From: Mobula hypostoma
Taxonomy: Eukaryota
DNA: 64,000 nt
NCBI RefSeq assembly: GCF_963921235.1
Contig: NC_086097.1
Location: 96,474,001-96,538,000 of the forward strand
Direction: 5' to 3'
Below are positions 63,201 through 64,000 of this stretch, one piece after another. Both the position numbers and the translations under genes were made by a program. The notes beneath the pieces are model-generated. The model saw only the letters and a program-made list of their open reading frames with translations, was not told the DNA's origin and did not search any database. How positions within the stretch are numbered: the first letter of the stretch is position 1; every line of letters starts with the position of its first letter.

Positions 63201-64000
63201 CAAGCTTACGAAGCAAGGCGCATTGCTGGAGCACAACATAAGCGCGAGCTGTGCAAGTCCAGAGCCACCAACACAACAACTGCAGTGCCTACACATGTCT
63301 GCCCAACACGTGCCAGGACATTTCATACCCGAATTGGCCTGACCAGTCATCTTCGGACACACCGCATCCAGTCTCAAAGTGACTAATGGTGTCAAGATCT
63401 TCATCGACGACGATGCACAAACAACAACTTGTCTCATGCCAATCAGCCAATCTTCTATCCATGTCCATGTTCGTATCCTTCCTGTAATAGCATGGGCTCT
63501 TAACTTGTTAAGCAGCTTCACGTGTGGCACCTTGTCAAAGGCCTTCTGAAAATCCAAGTAATACTGACTCTCCTTTGTCTATCCTACCTGATATTTCCTT
63601 ATAGAATTCCAACAGATTTGTCAGACAAGATTTCCCCTTAAGGAAACAATGCTGACCTCAGCCAGTTTTATCAAGTGCCTCCAAGTACCCTGAAACCTTA
63701 TCCTTAATAATGGACTCCAACATCTTCACAACCACTGATGTCAGGCTAACTGGCCTATAATTTCTTTCTTCTGCCTTCTTCCCTCTTAAGGAGCAGAGTG
63801 ACATTTGCCATTTTCCAGTCCTCTGGAACCTAGTGATTCCTCCACAATCTCTTGAGCTATCTCTTTCAGAACCCTGGGATTCAGCCCAACTAGTTTAGGC
63901 AATTTATCTACCTTCAGCCCATTCAGCTCCCCAAGTACCTTCTACTTGGTAATAACAACTACACTCACTTCTGTTCCCTCAAACTCCTGAATTTGTGACA

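Larger units (their letters stand above)
56665..63428 (+). mobile_element. Apparently full-length degenerate RTE-clade LINE (5' UTR split by L1; ORF ~60360-63386)
   Basis: IGTWNVRTL, ALSETR, AYAPT, GDFNARVG, FVDLTKAFDTV, GVKQGCVL, FADD, YLGS, C-terminal CPT..F..RIGL.SH..TH; (CAA)n tail. Assignment of 56665-56726 as its 5' tip is inferred. Confidence 0.88.
55672..64000 (-). mobile_element. CR1 LINE split by the RTE insertion (parts 55672-56664 and 63427-64000)
   Basis: LVRTHLEYC..FWA left part; MDFQKAFDKVPH right part; junction sequence is continuous across an ACTTGTCT duplication. Confidence 0.8.

Noticed and set aside
1..64000. CRISPR array, operon or prokaryotic defence system
   Set aside because: No regularly spaced repeat-spacer array and no gene-dense prokaryotic architecture; RT and nuclease ORFs are all eukaryotic TE-derived.

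Overview
Eukaryotic (vertebrate) genomic DNA. The repeat repertoire (CR1, Rex1/Babar, V-SINE/HE1-like SINEs, Penelope with hammerhead pLTRs) suggests a cartilaginous fish such as a ray or shark; this is an inference. The window is mostly intron of a minus-strand RMDN-family gene (probably RMDN2, RMDN3 not excluded), of which three in-phase GT-AG coding exons are visible (41013-41220, 36787-36889, 25849-25909). The introns are packed with transposable elements from at least ten superfamilies or clades: CR1, Rex1/Babar, L1, RTE, Hero (RLE-type), Penelope, Gmr1-type Gypsy, Tc1/mariner, pogo/Tigger and hAT, plus tRNA-derived SINEs. Notable structures are a minimal hammerhead ribozyme in the Penelope 3' end and its fold-back derivatives, a SCAN-domain Gmr1-like LTR element with a perfect tRNA-Pro primer-binding site, two 5'-inverted retro-insertions, and a four-level CR1>RTE>L1>Tigger nest. 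No CRISPR array, operon or prokaryotic system is present, and I found no clearly new biological system. All family calls come from motif recognition without database searches, and element boundaries are approximate unless a TSD or TIR is cited.
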